Shown here: one piece after another, positions 19,434 to 30,428 of the stretch | Position numbering within the stretch: the stretch's first letter is position 1 | Layout of the letters: every line of letters starts with the position of its first letter | NCBI GenBank assembly: GCA_965203515.1 | Contig: OZ241907.1 | Location: 448,001 to 512,000, forward strand | Source of the DNA: Spirochaetia bacterium | Lineage (GTDB): Bacteria; Spirochaetota; Spirochaetia; SZUA-6; Bin103 | DNA: 64,000 nt | Direction of reading: 5' to 3' | The notes under the pieces: model-generated | The model's input: only the letters and a program-made list of their open reading frames with translations | Database searches by the model: none | Told to the model about the DNA's origin: nothing | Made by a program: the position numbers and the translations under genes

Positions 19434-20509
19434 CGGCTTCCGCCCAGCGAGCGCTCGATTTCGCGGTCGTAGAGCGACGTGAAGGCTTCGGCAATCGCGC
19501 TGTGCCGGAGCTCGAAGGGTCGTGACGCTGACTCGGAGCTCACCTCGCCCGCCGAGTCGCGGTACAGTGCGTGGAAGCATACTTCGTCGCCCTCCTCGAT
19601 GAGCAGCTCCAACTCTTTCAAGACCGCGTAGTCATGGGTGGCTATCAGGACCTGGACGCCCGATCGTTGCAGCTGCAGCAGAACATCGACCACGACGGTC
19701 AGAAGTCCGGGATTGAGATTCGCCTCCGGCTCGTCCCAGAGCAGGACGGAACCGCTCGGCAGTGAGCCGTTGCGGACCAGCAGCCAAACAAGACCGAGCT
19801 TGCGCAGACCCTCGGCAAGCAACATGAACTCGATCTTGCCGTTGCCGTTCTCGACGAAAAACTCCTCTCCTTCAGCCGTCACCCTACCTCCGATCGCGTC
19901 CTCAAGACGCTTCTCGATCAGTCGGACGGCGGCATTCTCCTGCTTACGCAGCGGTGGCAGATAGGCGCGGTCAATAATGTCCGAATGTATCTCCTCGAAG
20001 TGTATCTCACGCTGTTCGTAAAGAGAACGGAATCCTGGTGCATGCGAGAGCATTTCCTTGGCCGGAATGAACGCACTCTTGACGGCCTCGTCGGGCCAAT
20101 CAAGTTCCACAGGGAAGCCCAGCCGTCTGGCCTCGTCGGATACGGCGAAACGTAATCTGCGGCCGCTGCGCCACACGTCGACAATCGCATGACGATCTTC
20201 ACGTGGATGCCTTACCAGACGTTGAATACTGTTTCGAGATGGCAAGAAAACTCGGGTAAGCTTGTGATAGAAACGTTGTTCCGGTCCTCTGATGTAATCG
20301 AATCTAGTTGTCTTGAATTCGCATACCGCGTAGGCGACCTTGAGGATATGCGTCTTCCCGGTCCCGTTGGCTCCAATGAACACGTTTATGCCTGGGCCGA
20401 GACTCAGATCGAGCCGCTCGAACGCCGTGAACCGTTCGAGGACAATGCGAGCCAAGGAAGAATGCTTTGCGCTTGGCAAGTCGGTGTTGCTTCGGAGCTC
20501 ATTTTGCAT
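19430..20509 (-). CDS. ABC-type (AAA_15/AAA_21-like) ATPase, non-transport
   Basis: Walker A GANGTGKT, signature-like LAEGLRK, Walker B LLWDEPE and H-loop ATHD. No permease partner. Confidence 0.9.
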   Translation of the reverse strand: MQNELRSNTDLPSAKHSSLARIVLERFTAFERLDLSLGPGINVFIGANGTGKTHILKVAYAVCEFKTTRFDYIRGPEQRFYHKLTRVFLPSRNSIQRLVRHPREDRHAIVDVWRSGRRLRFAVSDEARRLGFPVELDWPDEAVKSAFIPAKEMLSHAPGFRSLYEQREIHFEEIHSDIIDRAYLPPLRKQENAAVRLIEKRLEDAIGGRVTAEGEEFFVENGNGKIEFMLLAEGLRKLGLVWLLVRNGSLPSGSVLLWDEPEANLNPGLLTVVVDVLLQLQRSGVQVLIATHDYAVLKELELLIEEGDEVCFHALYRDSAGEVSSESASRPFELRHSAIAEAFTSLYDREIERSLGGSR

Positions 20510-20654
20510 GTTTCGTTCTCGGCGTCAGCGCAACAGGATCTCGCGCTCCTCCTCATGTTGTCGTTCGCGGTCGGCCAGCGCGCCGAGGGCGGGTATTGAT
20601 TGCACCGCTCGGCGAGTATCCGGTTCGGTGCGGAAGCGGCACCTCACTTGGTGG

Positions 20655-20683
20655 AGCGTATAGTTCGGCGTCCGGTAATTCAA
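20655..20683 (-). promoter_or_regulatory. Putative promoter of the ATPase-nuclease pair
   Basis: Minus strand TTGAAT (20683-78), 17 nt, TACGCT (20660-55). Confidence 0.5.
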
Positions 20684-20825
20684 GCAATGAGGTACAGCGG
20701 TTGAGGATGCGGCGGCGCTCGGCGGCGAGCCGGGATGGTGGCAGTGGTAGCGGCCGCCGCGCGGCGCCGGGGTCGTCGGCGTGCAGGGCAGGGTGCACAG
20801 CGCGGCTAGCCGATGCACCTCCGCG

Positions 20826-21179
20826 CTAGCGCCGTCCGCTTGTCGCGCTGCCGGATCCGTCCGGCGGGCCGGGGAAGAAATCGGCGGCGCGCATCATCAT
20901 GTCCTGCTGCCTGACGACCAGGCCCTTCACCCGGGGCAGGTACTCGCCGGTCCAGCGCGGATCGGTGCGCACCGCCTCGCGCGCCTGCTCGAAGTGGGCG
21001 TAGTCCCGGTACGCCCAGATGTGCACGACGCGGTTGAGCGGACCGATGTCGGTGTAGTACCAGCCGGCCAGCCGCACGCCGTGATCCTCTCTGATCTGCA
21101 GGGCGACCTCCCGCACCGCTTCCATATAGCGCGGCACGGCTCCCGGCTGCACGTCGTAGATCCTCATGTCGTAGATCAT
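20826..21179 (-). CDS. NIPSNAP family protein
   Basis: MIYDMRIY and GPLNRVVHIWAY; AGGAGG RBS. Confidence 0.92.
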   Translation of the reverse strand: MIYDMRIYDVQPGAVPRYMEAVREVALQIREDHGVRLAGWYYTDIGPLNRVVHIWAYRDYAHFEQAREAVRTDPRWTGEYLPRVKGLVVRQQDMMMRAADFFPGPPDGSGSATSGRR

Positions 21180-21247
21180 GCGCTCCTCCTGTCGTCTCTT
21201 CGACGGATGGTCGTGGACAGGGTACAGTAGCCGCGGCCGGCAAGCGG

Positions 21248-21988
21248 ATGAGCGACCTTCTGGACTTCGGACTCTCCTACATCTCCGGCAGGGCGGCGGA
21301 CAACCGCGTCCGGTTCCAGGTCGAGTCGCGGACCCGCATCGACGACGTTGCGAGCGGCCGGACCGAGCGCTTCTACCAGTGCGCCTCCTGCAAGAGCGAG
21401 AACACCTTCGCGGAGCGGGACCTGTTCATGGAGGACAACTACGACTTCCTGCCGATCTTCGGCGGCGAGCACGGCGTCGTGTTCCGGCGCAAGGCGGCCT
21501 GCCACGACCGGTATCGCCAGACGCGGCCGGCCGGCGAGTGGTGGGGCGGCCAAGTCTACCGGCTGGCGCCGGCGTCCGGCGTCCGGGAGCTCACCTCGTT
21601 CGAGCAGATCGCGGCCGCTACGCACGCGGCGCGCCCGCTCATAGCGGTCACCCGGATCGACAACGCGGCGACCGGCCTGCGCGCGACCATCGAGTATCCG
21701 GTCAAGACCATGAACGTCCGCGAGCACGACCGCCGCTATCAGGTCGATACCGGCCCGGTCGCCTGGCCCGATCTGAGCAGGCGGCGCGGCCGGCCGGTCG
21801 ACCTGCTGTCGCTCGCCTTCGTCGCCTTCAACGCCCCCCACTTCGCCGACTTCGTGATCGAAGCGCCGGCCGCGGTCGGGGAGGGAGGAGGCGACACGAC
21901 CCTCGTCCATCACTACTGCAAGCGGGTCTCGCTGCCGGCGGCCAACCGCCTGTTCGCGATCGATCCGTCGCCGGGCGGCGCGCCGTGA
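21248..21988 (+). CDS. Hypothetical protein with a CxxCKSE motif
   Basis: Host-like codon use; GTGA coupling to the downstream gene. Confidence 0.7.
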   Translation: MSDLLDFGLSYISGRAADNRVRFQVESRTRIDDVASGRTERFYQCASCKSENTFAERDLFMEDNYDFLPIFGGEHGVVFRRKAACHDRYRQTRPAGEWWGGQVYRLAPASGVRELTSFEQIAAATHAARPLIAVTRIDNAATGLRATIEYPVKTMNVREHDRRYQVDTGPVAWPDLSRRRGRPVDLLSLAFVAFNAPHFADFVIEAPAAVGEGGGDTTLVHHYCKRVSLPAANRLFAIDPSPGGAP

Positions 21989-23172
21989 AGATCACCGCGG
22001 TGACGCCGCACGTCATGTGGGGCGGCGATGCCGGCGGCGTCCGGGAAGCCGGCGGCGTCCGGCTCTCCTCCACGCTCTGGGGCCGGGGGGCCGGGCGCAA
22101 TTGGCTGTTCGTCAAGGTAGAGACCGAAGCCGGCGTGCACGGCTGGGGAGAGGCGTCCCTGGTCAACCAGACCCCGGCGATCGCGGCGTCGGTCGAACTG
22201 CTGGGGCGGCAAGTCACCGGGCGCGATCCGGCCGCGATCGAGCGGCTCTGGCAGATGATGTTCCTGCACAACCGCTACCGCGGCGGCGTGGTGATCAACT
22301 CCGCGCTCAGCGCCATCGACCAGGCGCTCTGGGACATCAAGGGCAAGGCGTTGGGCGTGCCGGTGTACCAGCTTCTGGGCGGAGCGGTACGCGACACGAT
22401 CCGCGTCTATGCCGGAGCGGGCGACGCGGAGCAGGCGCAGGCGCGCATCGCCGAGGGCTTCGCCGGCGTCAAGACCGGCGGCGGCTGGCACGGCGCGGAT
22501 CACGCCGTAGACGACCGGGCGGCGCCCGCCGCCCTGCGGGAGGAGCTCACCGCGATCCGCCAGGCGATCGGCCCCGATGCCGAGCTGATGGTCGACAATC
22601 ACGGCCACTCGCGGCCGGCGGCGGCGATCCGGCAGATACGGGCGGTCGATGACCTGGGCCTGCTGTTCTTCGAGGAACCGGTGCCGCCCGACAATCCCGA
22701 CGAGCTGGCGCGCGTGCGCGCTGCCGGCCTGTCCACGCCGCTGGCCGCCGGCGAGCGGCTGCACAGCCGCTGGGCGTTTCGCGACCTGGTGATCCGCCAG
22801 CTCGTCGACGTGATCCAACCCGACGTCTGCCACTGCGGCGGCATCTCCGAGCTGCGCCGCATCGCCGCGCTGGCGGAGATATACGGCATCGCCGTCGCGC
22901 CCCACAATCCCAAGGGACCGGTGGCGACCGCGGCCAGCCTGCACGTCTGCGCCGCCATCCCCAACTTTCTGATCCTGGAGCACGCTCACGCCAACCCGTT
23001 GTTCGACGCCGTGCAGGTGACGCCGATGCGGATCGGCGACGGCGGCTACGCGCTGCCCGACGCCCCGGGGCTGGGCGTGGAGCTGGATCCCGATGTGATC
23101 GCCGCCCATCCCTACCGCCACCGGCCGGTGCTGGAGGCGTATGAGTCGGACGGCACGCCCGCTCATCCGTAA
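21985..23172 (+). CDS. Galactonate dehydratase-like enolase-superfamily enzyme
   Basis: NWLFVKVET, DQALWDIKGKALGVPVYQLLGG, VDNH, FFEEP, AGER and PHNP. Confidence 0.9.
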   Translation: MKITAVTPHVMWGGDAGGVREAGGVRLSSTLWGRGAGRNWLFVKVETEAGVHGWGEASLVNQTPAIAASVELLGRQVTGRDPAAIERLWQMMFLHNRYRGGVVINSALSAIDQALWDIKGKALGVPVYQLLGGAVRDTIRVYAGAGDAEQAQARIAEGFAGVKTGGGWHGADHAVDDRAAPAALREELTAIRQAIGPDAELMVDNHGHSRPAAAIRQIRAVDDLGLLFFEEPVPPDNPDELARVRAAGLSTPLAAGERLHSRWAFRDLVIRQLVDVIQPDVCHCGGISELRRIAALAEIYGIAVAPHNPKGPVATAASLHVCAAIPNFLILEHAHANPLFDAVQVTPMRIGDGGYALPDAPGLGVELDPDVIAAHPYRHRPVLEAYESDGTPAHP

Positions 23173-23190
23173 AACGGCCGGCGGCGCCTC

Positions 23191-23886
23191 GTGCGACTTT
23201 CCGTGATCATTCCCGTCTACAACGAGCGGCGCTGGCTTCCCGAGGTGTTGGCGCGGGTGCTGGCGGTCGACGTCGACAAGCAGGTCGTGGTGGTCGACGA
23301 CGGGTCGACCGACGGGACGTGGGAGTGGCTCGATGCGTGGCGTATCGGGCAGCCGGATTGGATCACGGTACTTCGGCATCCGTTCAATCAGGGCAAGACG
23401 GCGGCGGTCCGCACCGGGTTGGCGCGCGTCAGCGGCGACTGCGTCATCATCCAGGACGGAGACCTGGAGTATGATCCGGGCGACTACGGGCGGCTGCTGC
23501 AGCCGCTGGCGGAGGGCCGTTGCCGGGTGGTCTACGGATCGCGGTTCCTCGGCAACCGGCCGCGCATGTTCTTCATGCAGCGGCTCGGCAATCGCGTGCT
23601 GACCTGGCTGACGAACCGCCTCTACGGTGCTTCGCTGACCGACATGGAGACCTGCTACAAACTCATCGCGCGGGAGGTCATGGCGAGCATCGCAGTCGAA
23701 TCGAACGGCTTCGACGTCGAACCGGAGCTGACGGCGAAGGTGTTGCGTCAAGGGCTGAAGATCGTCGAAGTGCCGATCGCCTATGCGGGCCGGACGTATG
23801 CCGAGGGCAAGAAGATCGGGTGGCGCGACTTCGTGTCGTCGGCGTGGACGCTGGTCAGACTGCGGTTCCGGAGAGCGTCCGAATAG
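23191..23886 (+). CDS. GT2 glycosyltransferase (DPM1-like)
   Basis: [29 protein letters not shown] and DMETCYK. Confidence 0.93.
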   Translation: MRLSVIIPVYNERRWLPEVLARVLAVDVDKQVVVVDDGSTDGTWEWLDAWRIGQPDWITVLRHPFNQGKTAAVRTGLARVSGDCVIIQDGDLEYDPGDYGRLLQPLAEGRCRVVYGSRFLGNRPRMFFMQRLGNRVLTWLTNRLYGASLTDMETCYKLIAREVMASIAVESNGFDVEPELTAKVLRQGLKIVEVPIAYAGRTYAEGKKIGWRDFVSSAWTLVRLRFRRASE

Positions 23887-23918
23887 ACGCGCGCCGGTAC
23901 TGCTATCATGCGCGCGCG

Positions 23919-24872
<954 letters not shown>

Positions 24873-24882
24873 TCCGCGGCGT

Positions 24883-25857
24883 TCAGGCCCAGACGGCGAG
24901 ATCGCCGAACAGCGACCTGAGTCGAGCGGTGTGCTCATCCGGGAGATCGAGCGTCTCCATGCCGGCGACGTTGGCGTCCAGGTGCTGCGGATTGGTGGTG
25001 CCGGTCAGCACGGTGTGGATGGCCAGATGGCGGGCGGCGAAACGGTAGCCGGCGGTGATCACCGAATCGACGCTGCCCGACACCAGCCAGCCGAGCGGAT
25101 CATCGTCCGCCAGCGCGCCGGGGGCGATCGCTCCGTCCCGCTTCAGCTCCGCGATCAGCGCGCGGAGCTGGCCGGGCTGCGAGAGCTTGCTGCGCACCGC
25201 GCTCATGCAGACCACCCCCGCGCCGTGCCGCCGCGCCAGCGGCAGCGCCCGCTTGGCGGCGAACTGGTTCAGGATACCGTACTTGAGTGAAACCACGTCC
25301 CACGCGTCGGGATGGCGCTCCAACGCCATGGAGACCGCCTCGTGCCGCGGGTCGGCGATGTAGCGTTCGCTGATGCCGCGGTAGCGTATCGCGCCGTCGC
25401 CGCGCAGCCGGTCGAGCACCGGGACGAACCGCTCGGCCACCTCGTCGTACTGCTCCGGGCGCACGCCGTGCAACTCCATGATGTCGATGACGTCGGTGCG
25501 CAGCCGGCGCAGGCTCGCTTCCACGCCGCGCGCCAGCGCTTCCGGATCGGTCTCGATCGGCGCGTCGGCGCCGCCGACTCCCGCCGGCGACCACCGCGGG
25601 GACGGCGCCCACTTGGTCAGGAGCAGGTAGCGGTCGCGCGGAACCTCTGCCAGCGCCTCGCCGAGCAGCGCCTCGCTCTCGCCGTAGTTGGCCGAGGTGT
25701 CGAAGAGATTGATGCCGTGGTCGAGACAGCGGCGTATCAGCGCCGCGCGTTGCGGCCGCTCGGCGTCCTGCGGCGCTCCGAACCCGCTGGGACCGCCGGT
25801 GCCGAACGAGACCACGGAGACCGACAGGCCGGTGCGGCCCAGGGTACGGAACTGCAC
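24883..25857 (-). CDS. Aldo/keto reductase
   Basis: LGRTGLSVS, FDTSANYG and SLRRLRTDVID. Confidence 0.9.
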   Translation of the reverse strand: MQFRTLGRTGLSVSVVSFGTGGPSGFGAPQDAERPQRAALIRRCLDHGINLFDTSANYGESEALLGEALAEVPRDRYLLLTKWAPSPRWSPAGVGGADAPIETDPEALARGVEASLRRLRTDVIDIMELHGVRPEQYDEVAERFVPVLDRLRGDGAIRYRGISERYIADPRHEAVSMALERHPDAWDVVSLKYGILNQFAAKRALPLARRHGAGVVCMSAVRSKLSQPGQLRALIAELKRDGAIAPGALADDDPLGWLVSGSVDSVITAGYRFAARHLAIHTVLTGTTNPQHLDANVAGMETLDLPDEHTARLRSLFGDLAVWA

Positions 25858-25879
25858 GCCCGGCTCCTGCGCCGGCCGG

Positions 25880-26794
25880 TCACGCGGCGCTCATGCCGGC
25901 CGCGTCCGCGGCTCGGTCGAGCAGCCGTTTGTCGGCGTCGGACGGCTCCGTGATCGGCGCGCGCGGGTGGCCGCCGGCCAGTCCTCGCTTGTTGGCCAGG
26001 TAGCGCAGCGCGGCCGCCGGGGTGGCGGCGGCGGCCGTGAACGCTCGGCGAATCGTGTTCACCTTGCGCTGAATGGCGCGCGCCCGCAGGAGATCGCCGC
26101 CGCGGACGCAGTCGTACAACCCGATGCACTCCTGTCCCAGCATCAGCGGCGAGATGCCGTAGTTGGCGTCGGCCCCCATGACCAGCGCCGGCAGCGCCCG
26201 CGGCTCCTGACCGTTGGTGACGAAGAAGCCGTCCTGACCGCCGGCCAGATCGATCAGATCGATCAGGTCGGTGAGGTCCGGGCTGGACTGCTTGATGGTC
26301 GCCACGTTGTCGAGCCGGCTCAGCTCGACCAGCAGGGCCACCGACATGTTGATCCCCACCCGCGGCGGATTGTTGTAGATCGTGATCGGCAGCGCGGCGG
26401 CGGCGGCGATGCGGCCGAAGTGGAGCCGCAGGTCGTCGTCGGAGGGGCGCAGGTAGTGGGGCGGCGTCATCATCACCCCGTCCATGCCGATGCGGGCGGC
26501 GGCGTCGCCAAGCTCGATCACGACGTCGGTACGCGCGTGCGCCGTGCCGGCGATCACCGCGCAGCGCCCGGCCGCCTCTTCGGCGGCCACCTCGTACAGG
26601 CGGATCCGTTCCTGCCCGGTGAGCAGCGGGAACTCTCCGAACGAGCCGGTAAGCGTGATGCCGTGGATGCCTTCGCCGATGAGATAGGCGATGTTGGTGC
26701 GCATGCCGCGCTCGTCGACGCTGCCGTCGGTGTTGAACGGGGTCAGCAACGGCATGATGTAGCCGTGCAGCGGTGCGGGACGCTCTGCGGGCAT
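25880..26794 (-). CDS. Dihydrodipicolinate synthase/N-acetylneuraminate lyase family aldolase
   Basis: LTPF, TGSFGE, IYNNP and Schiff-base IKQS. GGAGGAG RBS. Confidence 0.9.
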   Translation of the reverse strand: MPAERPAPLHGYIMPLLTPFNTDGSVDERGMRTNIAYLIGEGIHGITLTGSFGEFPLLTGQERIRLYEVAAEEAAGRCAVIAGTAHARTDVVIELGDAAARIGMDGVMMTPPHYLRPSDDDLRLHFGRIAAAAALPITIYNNPPRVGINMSVALLVELSRLDNVATIKQSSPDLTDLIDLIDLAGGQDGFFVTNGQEPRALPALVMGADANYGISPLMLGQECIGLYDCVRGGDLLRARAIQRKVNTIRRAFTAAAATPAAALRYLANKRGLAGGHPRAPITEPSDADKRLLDRAADAAGMSAA

Positions 26795-26899
26795 TCGGGT
26801 GCTCCTCCTGCGGGGTTCGCGCAGCTTTGCGCAATCGACGCGGATCGGCAAGGCGGCCGGCCCGGAAACCGGCGTGCGCTGGTGCGCTGCGGCGCGCGG

Positions 26900-27745
26900 C
26901 TACCCCTTGACCGATCCGGCCATCAGCCCGCGCACGAAGTAGCGCTGCAGCGAGAAGAAGATGATCAGCGGCATCACCATGGTCACGAACGCGCCGGAGG
27001 TGAGCACGTGCCAATCCTGCCCGCGGGAGCCGACCAGCTCGGCGAGCCGGGTGGTGACCAGCGCCAGCTCCGCCTTGGTCCCCAGGAACACCAGCGCCAC
27101 CAGCAGATCGTTCCACACCCAGAGGAACTGAAAGATCGCGAACGACGCCACCACCGGCATGGAGAGCGGCAGCACGAGCCGCGTGAAGGTCACCCAGGGG
27201 GTCGCGCCGTCGGTGTGCGCCGACTCGATGATCTCGCCCGAGATGGAGGTGGCGATGTACCCGTACAGCAGATAGGTGGCGAGCGGCAGGCCGAAACCGG
27301 TATGCGCGAGCCAGATGCCCAGAAAGGTGCCGTTCAGCCGCAGGCCGGTATAGAGCCGCAGCACCGGGATCAGCGCCATCTGCAGCGGCACGATCAGCAG
27401 GCTGACGATGAGGATGAAGATCAGATGGCGTCCCGGAAAGTCCATCCAGGCGATGGCGTAGGCGGCGAACGCGGCGATCGTGATCGGGATCACCGTGGAA
27501 GGGATCGTCACCAGCAGGCTGTTCAGGAAGGCGTTGCCCATGTTTTCGGCCAGGACCACCCGTTCGTAATTGCGCAGGGTCCACTGGCCGGTCGCGAACG
27601 GTTCGGTAAGCGCCGTCCACCAGCCGGTGCTGGCGATCGCGTCCGCGGAGCGGAACGAGCTTACCAGCAGCCCGAGCGTGGGGGCTGTCCAGATGATCAC
27701 CAGCGCTCCCAGCAGGAACCAGATGACCAGTCGGACCGGCTTCAT
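26900..27745 (-). CDS. Carbohydrate ABC permease (AglG/MalG-like)
   Basis: EAA-like ESAHTDGA, FQFLWVWNDLL and LQRYFVRGL. Confidence 0.92.
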   Translation of the reverse strand: MKPVRLVIWFLLGALVIIWTAPTLGLLVSSFRSADAIASTGWWTALTEPFATGQWTLRNYERVVLAENMGNAFLNSLLVTIPSTVIPITIAAFAAYAIAWMDFPGRHLIFILIVSLLIVPLQMALIPVLRLYTGLRLNGTFLGIWLAHTGFGLPLATYLLYGYIATSISGEIIESAHTDGATPWVTFTRLVLPLSMPVVASFAIFQFLWVWNDLLVALVFLGTKAELALVTTRLAELVGSRGQDWHVLTSGAFVTMVMPLIIFFSLQRYFVRGLMAGSVKG

Positions 27746-28854
27746 GCCGATTCCTTCCGCATGCGGCGTACGGTACGGAACATGAAGGGGATGACGATGA
27801 TGAACAGCAGCACCGCCAGCGCGCTGCCCCGTCCGAAGTCGAAGAACCGAAACGCCTCGGCGTACATGCGCGACGCCACCACGTCGGTGTCGAAGTTGCC
27901 GCTGGTCATGACGAACACGACGTCGAAGACCTTCAGCACCAGGAACAGGATCGTGGTCGACACCGTGAGCAGGGTGGCCCTGATGCGCGGGACGGTAATC
28001 ATGAAGAAGACCCGGATCTCGCCGGCGCCGTCGATGCGGGCCGCCTCCAGCAGCTCCCGGGGCACGCCCTTTACCGCGGCGGACAGGATCACCATGGCGA
28101 ATCCGGTCTGCAGCCAGATCATGATGAAGATCAGGAACAGGTTGTTCATCCAGGGGACGCCGATCGCGTTCCAGGGTAGCTGCGTCAGCCATGCCTGCGG
28201 CTCGCCGCCGAGCGCGGTGACGACGGCGTTCAGCAGGCCGACCTGTTCATAGCCGGCCGGCTGAAAATAATAGACGAAGCGCCAGATCACGCTGGCGCCG
28301 ACGAACGATATCGCCATCGGCAGGAAGATCAGCGCCTTGATGACGCGCTCGACCACCCGTCCCAGCCGGTCGATCAGGACCGCGATCAGCAGCCCCAGCA
28401 CCACCGCGAAGAACGGCACCAGCAACACCCAGAGCAAGGTGTTGCGGAGCACCAGCAGCATCTCCGGGTCGGTGGCGATGAAGGAGTAGTTCGCAAATCC
28501 CACGAACATCCGTGAGGTGCGATCGAAGAAGCTGATCCAGATCGTGCGCACCGCCGGAAAGACGATGTAGATGCCGGCGATCAGGATCGCGGGACCCACG
28601 AACAGCCAGGGGCGGACCGCGTCCCGCAGGCGGCGCGGGAGGGCGTCGACCACGCCGTTGCCGGCGGCGAACAACCCCCAGACCCCGCCGATGCCGATGA
28701 TCAGGGCTGTTACGGCGATCAGCGCTTTCGGAGCCCCGCTGTCCCGCATGAACAGGAACGCCGCCAGGATGATCGCCGCGACGCCGGCGAACAGACCGGC
28801 GGCGCGCACCATCGGCAGGACCGAAACCCGCTCGGCCCGTGCCCGCTCTGCCAT
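27742..28854 (-). CDS. Carbohydrate ABC permease (AglF/MalF-like)
   Basis: PMAISFVGA, WLQTGFAMV and EAARIDGA. Confidence 0.92.
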   Translation of the reverse strand: MAERARAERVSVLPMVRAAGLFAGVAAIILAAFLFMRDSGAPKALIAVTALIIGIGGVWGLFAAGNGVVDALPRRLRDAVRPWLFVGPAILIAGIYIVFPAVRTIWISFFDRTSRMFVGFANYSFIATDPEMLLVLRNTLLWVLLVPFFAVVLGLLIAVLIDRLGRVVERVIKALIFLPMAISFVGASVIWRFVYYFQPAGYEQVGLLNAVVTALGGEPQAWLTQLPWNAIGVPWMNNLFLIFIMIWLQTGFAMVILSAAVKGVPRELLEAARIDGAGEIRVFFMITVPRIRATLLTVSTTILFLVLKVFDVVFVMTSGNFDTDVVASRMYAEAFRFFDFGRGSALAVLLFIIVIPFMFRTVRRMRKESA

Positions 28855-28885
28855 CGGCTCGCTCCGCAAGTGAAAGAGGCGCGAC

Positions 28886-28928
28886 GCGCCGGCCGCCGGG
28901 CGCTCAGAGATCGCCCTGCGGCCGGCGC
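28886..28928 (-). repeat. Stem-loop just 3' of the binding-protein gene
   Basis: GCGCCGGCCGC-C-GGGCG pairs with CGCCC-T-GCGGCCGGCGC, one mismatch. Confidence 0.65.
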
Positions 28929-28947
28929 CGAGGCGCGTTCAGCTCGC

Positions 28948-30276
28948 TCAGCGCGGAAACGACGCGTCGATCTTGCCGAGTACCGACCCCAGCTCCTCGC
29001 CGCTGACGTAGTCGACCATACCGGTCCAGAAGGTGCCGGCTCCCACCGCGCCCGGCATCAGGTCCGAGCCGTCGAAGCGGAAGGTGTCGGCGTTCTGGAT
29101 GATCTCCGCCGCTTTCTGGTCGACGTAGGAACCGTGCCACTCGATCTCGGCATCCTTGTGCGGCGCCACGAAGCCGCCGAATCCGGCCCACACGCGGGTG
29201 GACTCGCCGGATGCCAGCCAACGCATCACCGCCAGGGTCGCCGGATCGTCGTTGAAGGCGCTGAGGATGTCGCCGGCGCCGAGCGCCGCGCGTCCTTCCT
29301 CCGCGTCGATGGGCGGCAGGTAGAAGACGTCGATCACCTCGCCGATCCGCTCCTGGGCATCGTCCGGCAGGAAGCCGGCGATGAAGGTGGCCTGCCGGTG
29401 CATCAGGGCGCGCGGCGGATCCTGCACCAGCGGCGTCGCCGCATCGCCGAACGGCACGGTCAGGATCGCGCTGCGGCCGCCCAGGACGAAGTCGTCCCGG
29501 AACCAGACGTCGCTCATGATCTCGATCGCGCGGCGCACCTCCGGTGAATCGAACGGCAGCTCGCCGCGCGTCCAGGCATCGTACTGCTCCGGCGTCGCCG
29601 TACGGAGCAGGATGTCCTCGATCCAGTCGGTGGCGACCCAGCCGGTCGCCCCGGAGCTCTCGATGCCGATCGACCAGGGCACGTAGCCGTCGCTGACCAT
29701 CCGCTCGGAGAGGGCTACCAGTTCGTCCCAGGTCTCCGGGATGGCGTAGCCGTTGGCTTCGAAGACCGGTTTCGCGTACCAGACCAGGCTCTTCAACGAC
29801 GCCCGGTACCAGACGCCGGCGATCACGTCATCGACGCGCGACAGATCGATCCAGGCGTCCGAATACTGCTGCCGCAGGTACTCCATGCTGAACGACTCGG
29901 ACAGGTCGGTGATGTACCCGCGCCGTACCAGGTCGGCCATCAGGCCGGGCTGCGGGAAGGCGGCGATGTCGGGCGGATCGCCGCCCTCGGCGCGAATCAC
30001 CACCAGCGACTCGAAGTCGCCGGATCCTTCGTAGACGATGTCGATGCCGGTCTGTTCCTCGAACGGCGCCATGCTCGCGTCGAAGCGCTCCGCGTCCACG
30101 TCGACGAAGGCGCCGAAGACGTTGACCGTGGAGCCGGACAGGTCCTGACCGTCGGTCCAGGGGTTGTCGGCGGCGGCGGAAGCGGTCGCGGCCTCCTCCT
30201 CACCGGTGGCGAACAGCGGCGCGGCCGCGATGGAGCAGAGCGCCGCCGTGATGAGCAGTATCCGTGCTCGATGCAT
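28948..30276 (-). CDS. Alpha-glucoside-type ABC substrate-binding protein (AglE-like)
   Basis: PPDIAAFPQPG, KSLVWY, GIESSGATGWVATDWIEDI and FDGSDLMP. GAGGAGG RBS. Confidence 0.9.
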   Translation of the reverse strand: MHRARILLITAALCSIAAAPLFATGEEEAATASAAADNPWTDGQDLSGSTVNVFGAFVDVDAERFDASMAPFEEQTGIDIVYEGSGDFESLVVIRAEGGDPPDIAAFPQPGLMADLVRRGYITDLSESFSMEYLRQQYSDAWIDLSRVDDVIAGVWYRASLKSLVWYAKPVFEANGYAIPETWDELVALSERMVSDGYVPWSIGIESSGATGWVATDWIEDILLRTATPEQYDAWTRGELPFDSPEVRRAIEIMSDVWFRDDFVLGGRSAILTVPFGDAATPLVQDPPRALMHRQATFIAGFLPDDAQERIGEVIDVFYLPPIDAEEGRAALGAGDILSAFNDDPATLAVMRWLASGESTRVWAGFGGFVAPHKDAEIEWHGSYVDQKAAEIIQNADTFRFDGSDLMPGAVGAGTFWTGMVDYVSGEELGSVLGKIDASFPR

Positions 30277-30307
30277 GTCGTGGGTCCTCCTCAATGTGCT
30301 GTACGCG

Positions 30308-30354
30308 AGGGTGCCGGCATCGCGCCCGGCTGTCAATTCGGCCTCCAATTCGGC
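30308..30354 (-). promoter_or_regulatory. Putative promoter with a direct-repeat site at -35
   Basis: Minus strand TTGACA (30336-31), 17 nt, CACCCT. CAATTCGGC occurs at 30334-42 and 30346-54. Confidence 0.45.
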
Positions 30355-30428
30355 GCGGCGTCCGGGCGCCGCTGTCCGACGTTACCGACGCCGATCTGGC
30401 GCGGCTGCGCGCCGGGCTGCAGGAGCTG

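Noticed and set aside
20649..20656. Minus-strand CTCCACCA resembling a tRNA/tmRNA 3' end (possible att remnant) beside the ATPase islet
   Set aside because: There is no T-arm or cloverleaf, I noticed no second copy, and the site overlaps the predicted -10 region.
20525..20818. Short ORFs upstream of the ATPase, considered as a third component of the module
   Set aside because: They have no RBS or recognisable motif, and they span the predicted promoter.
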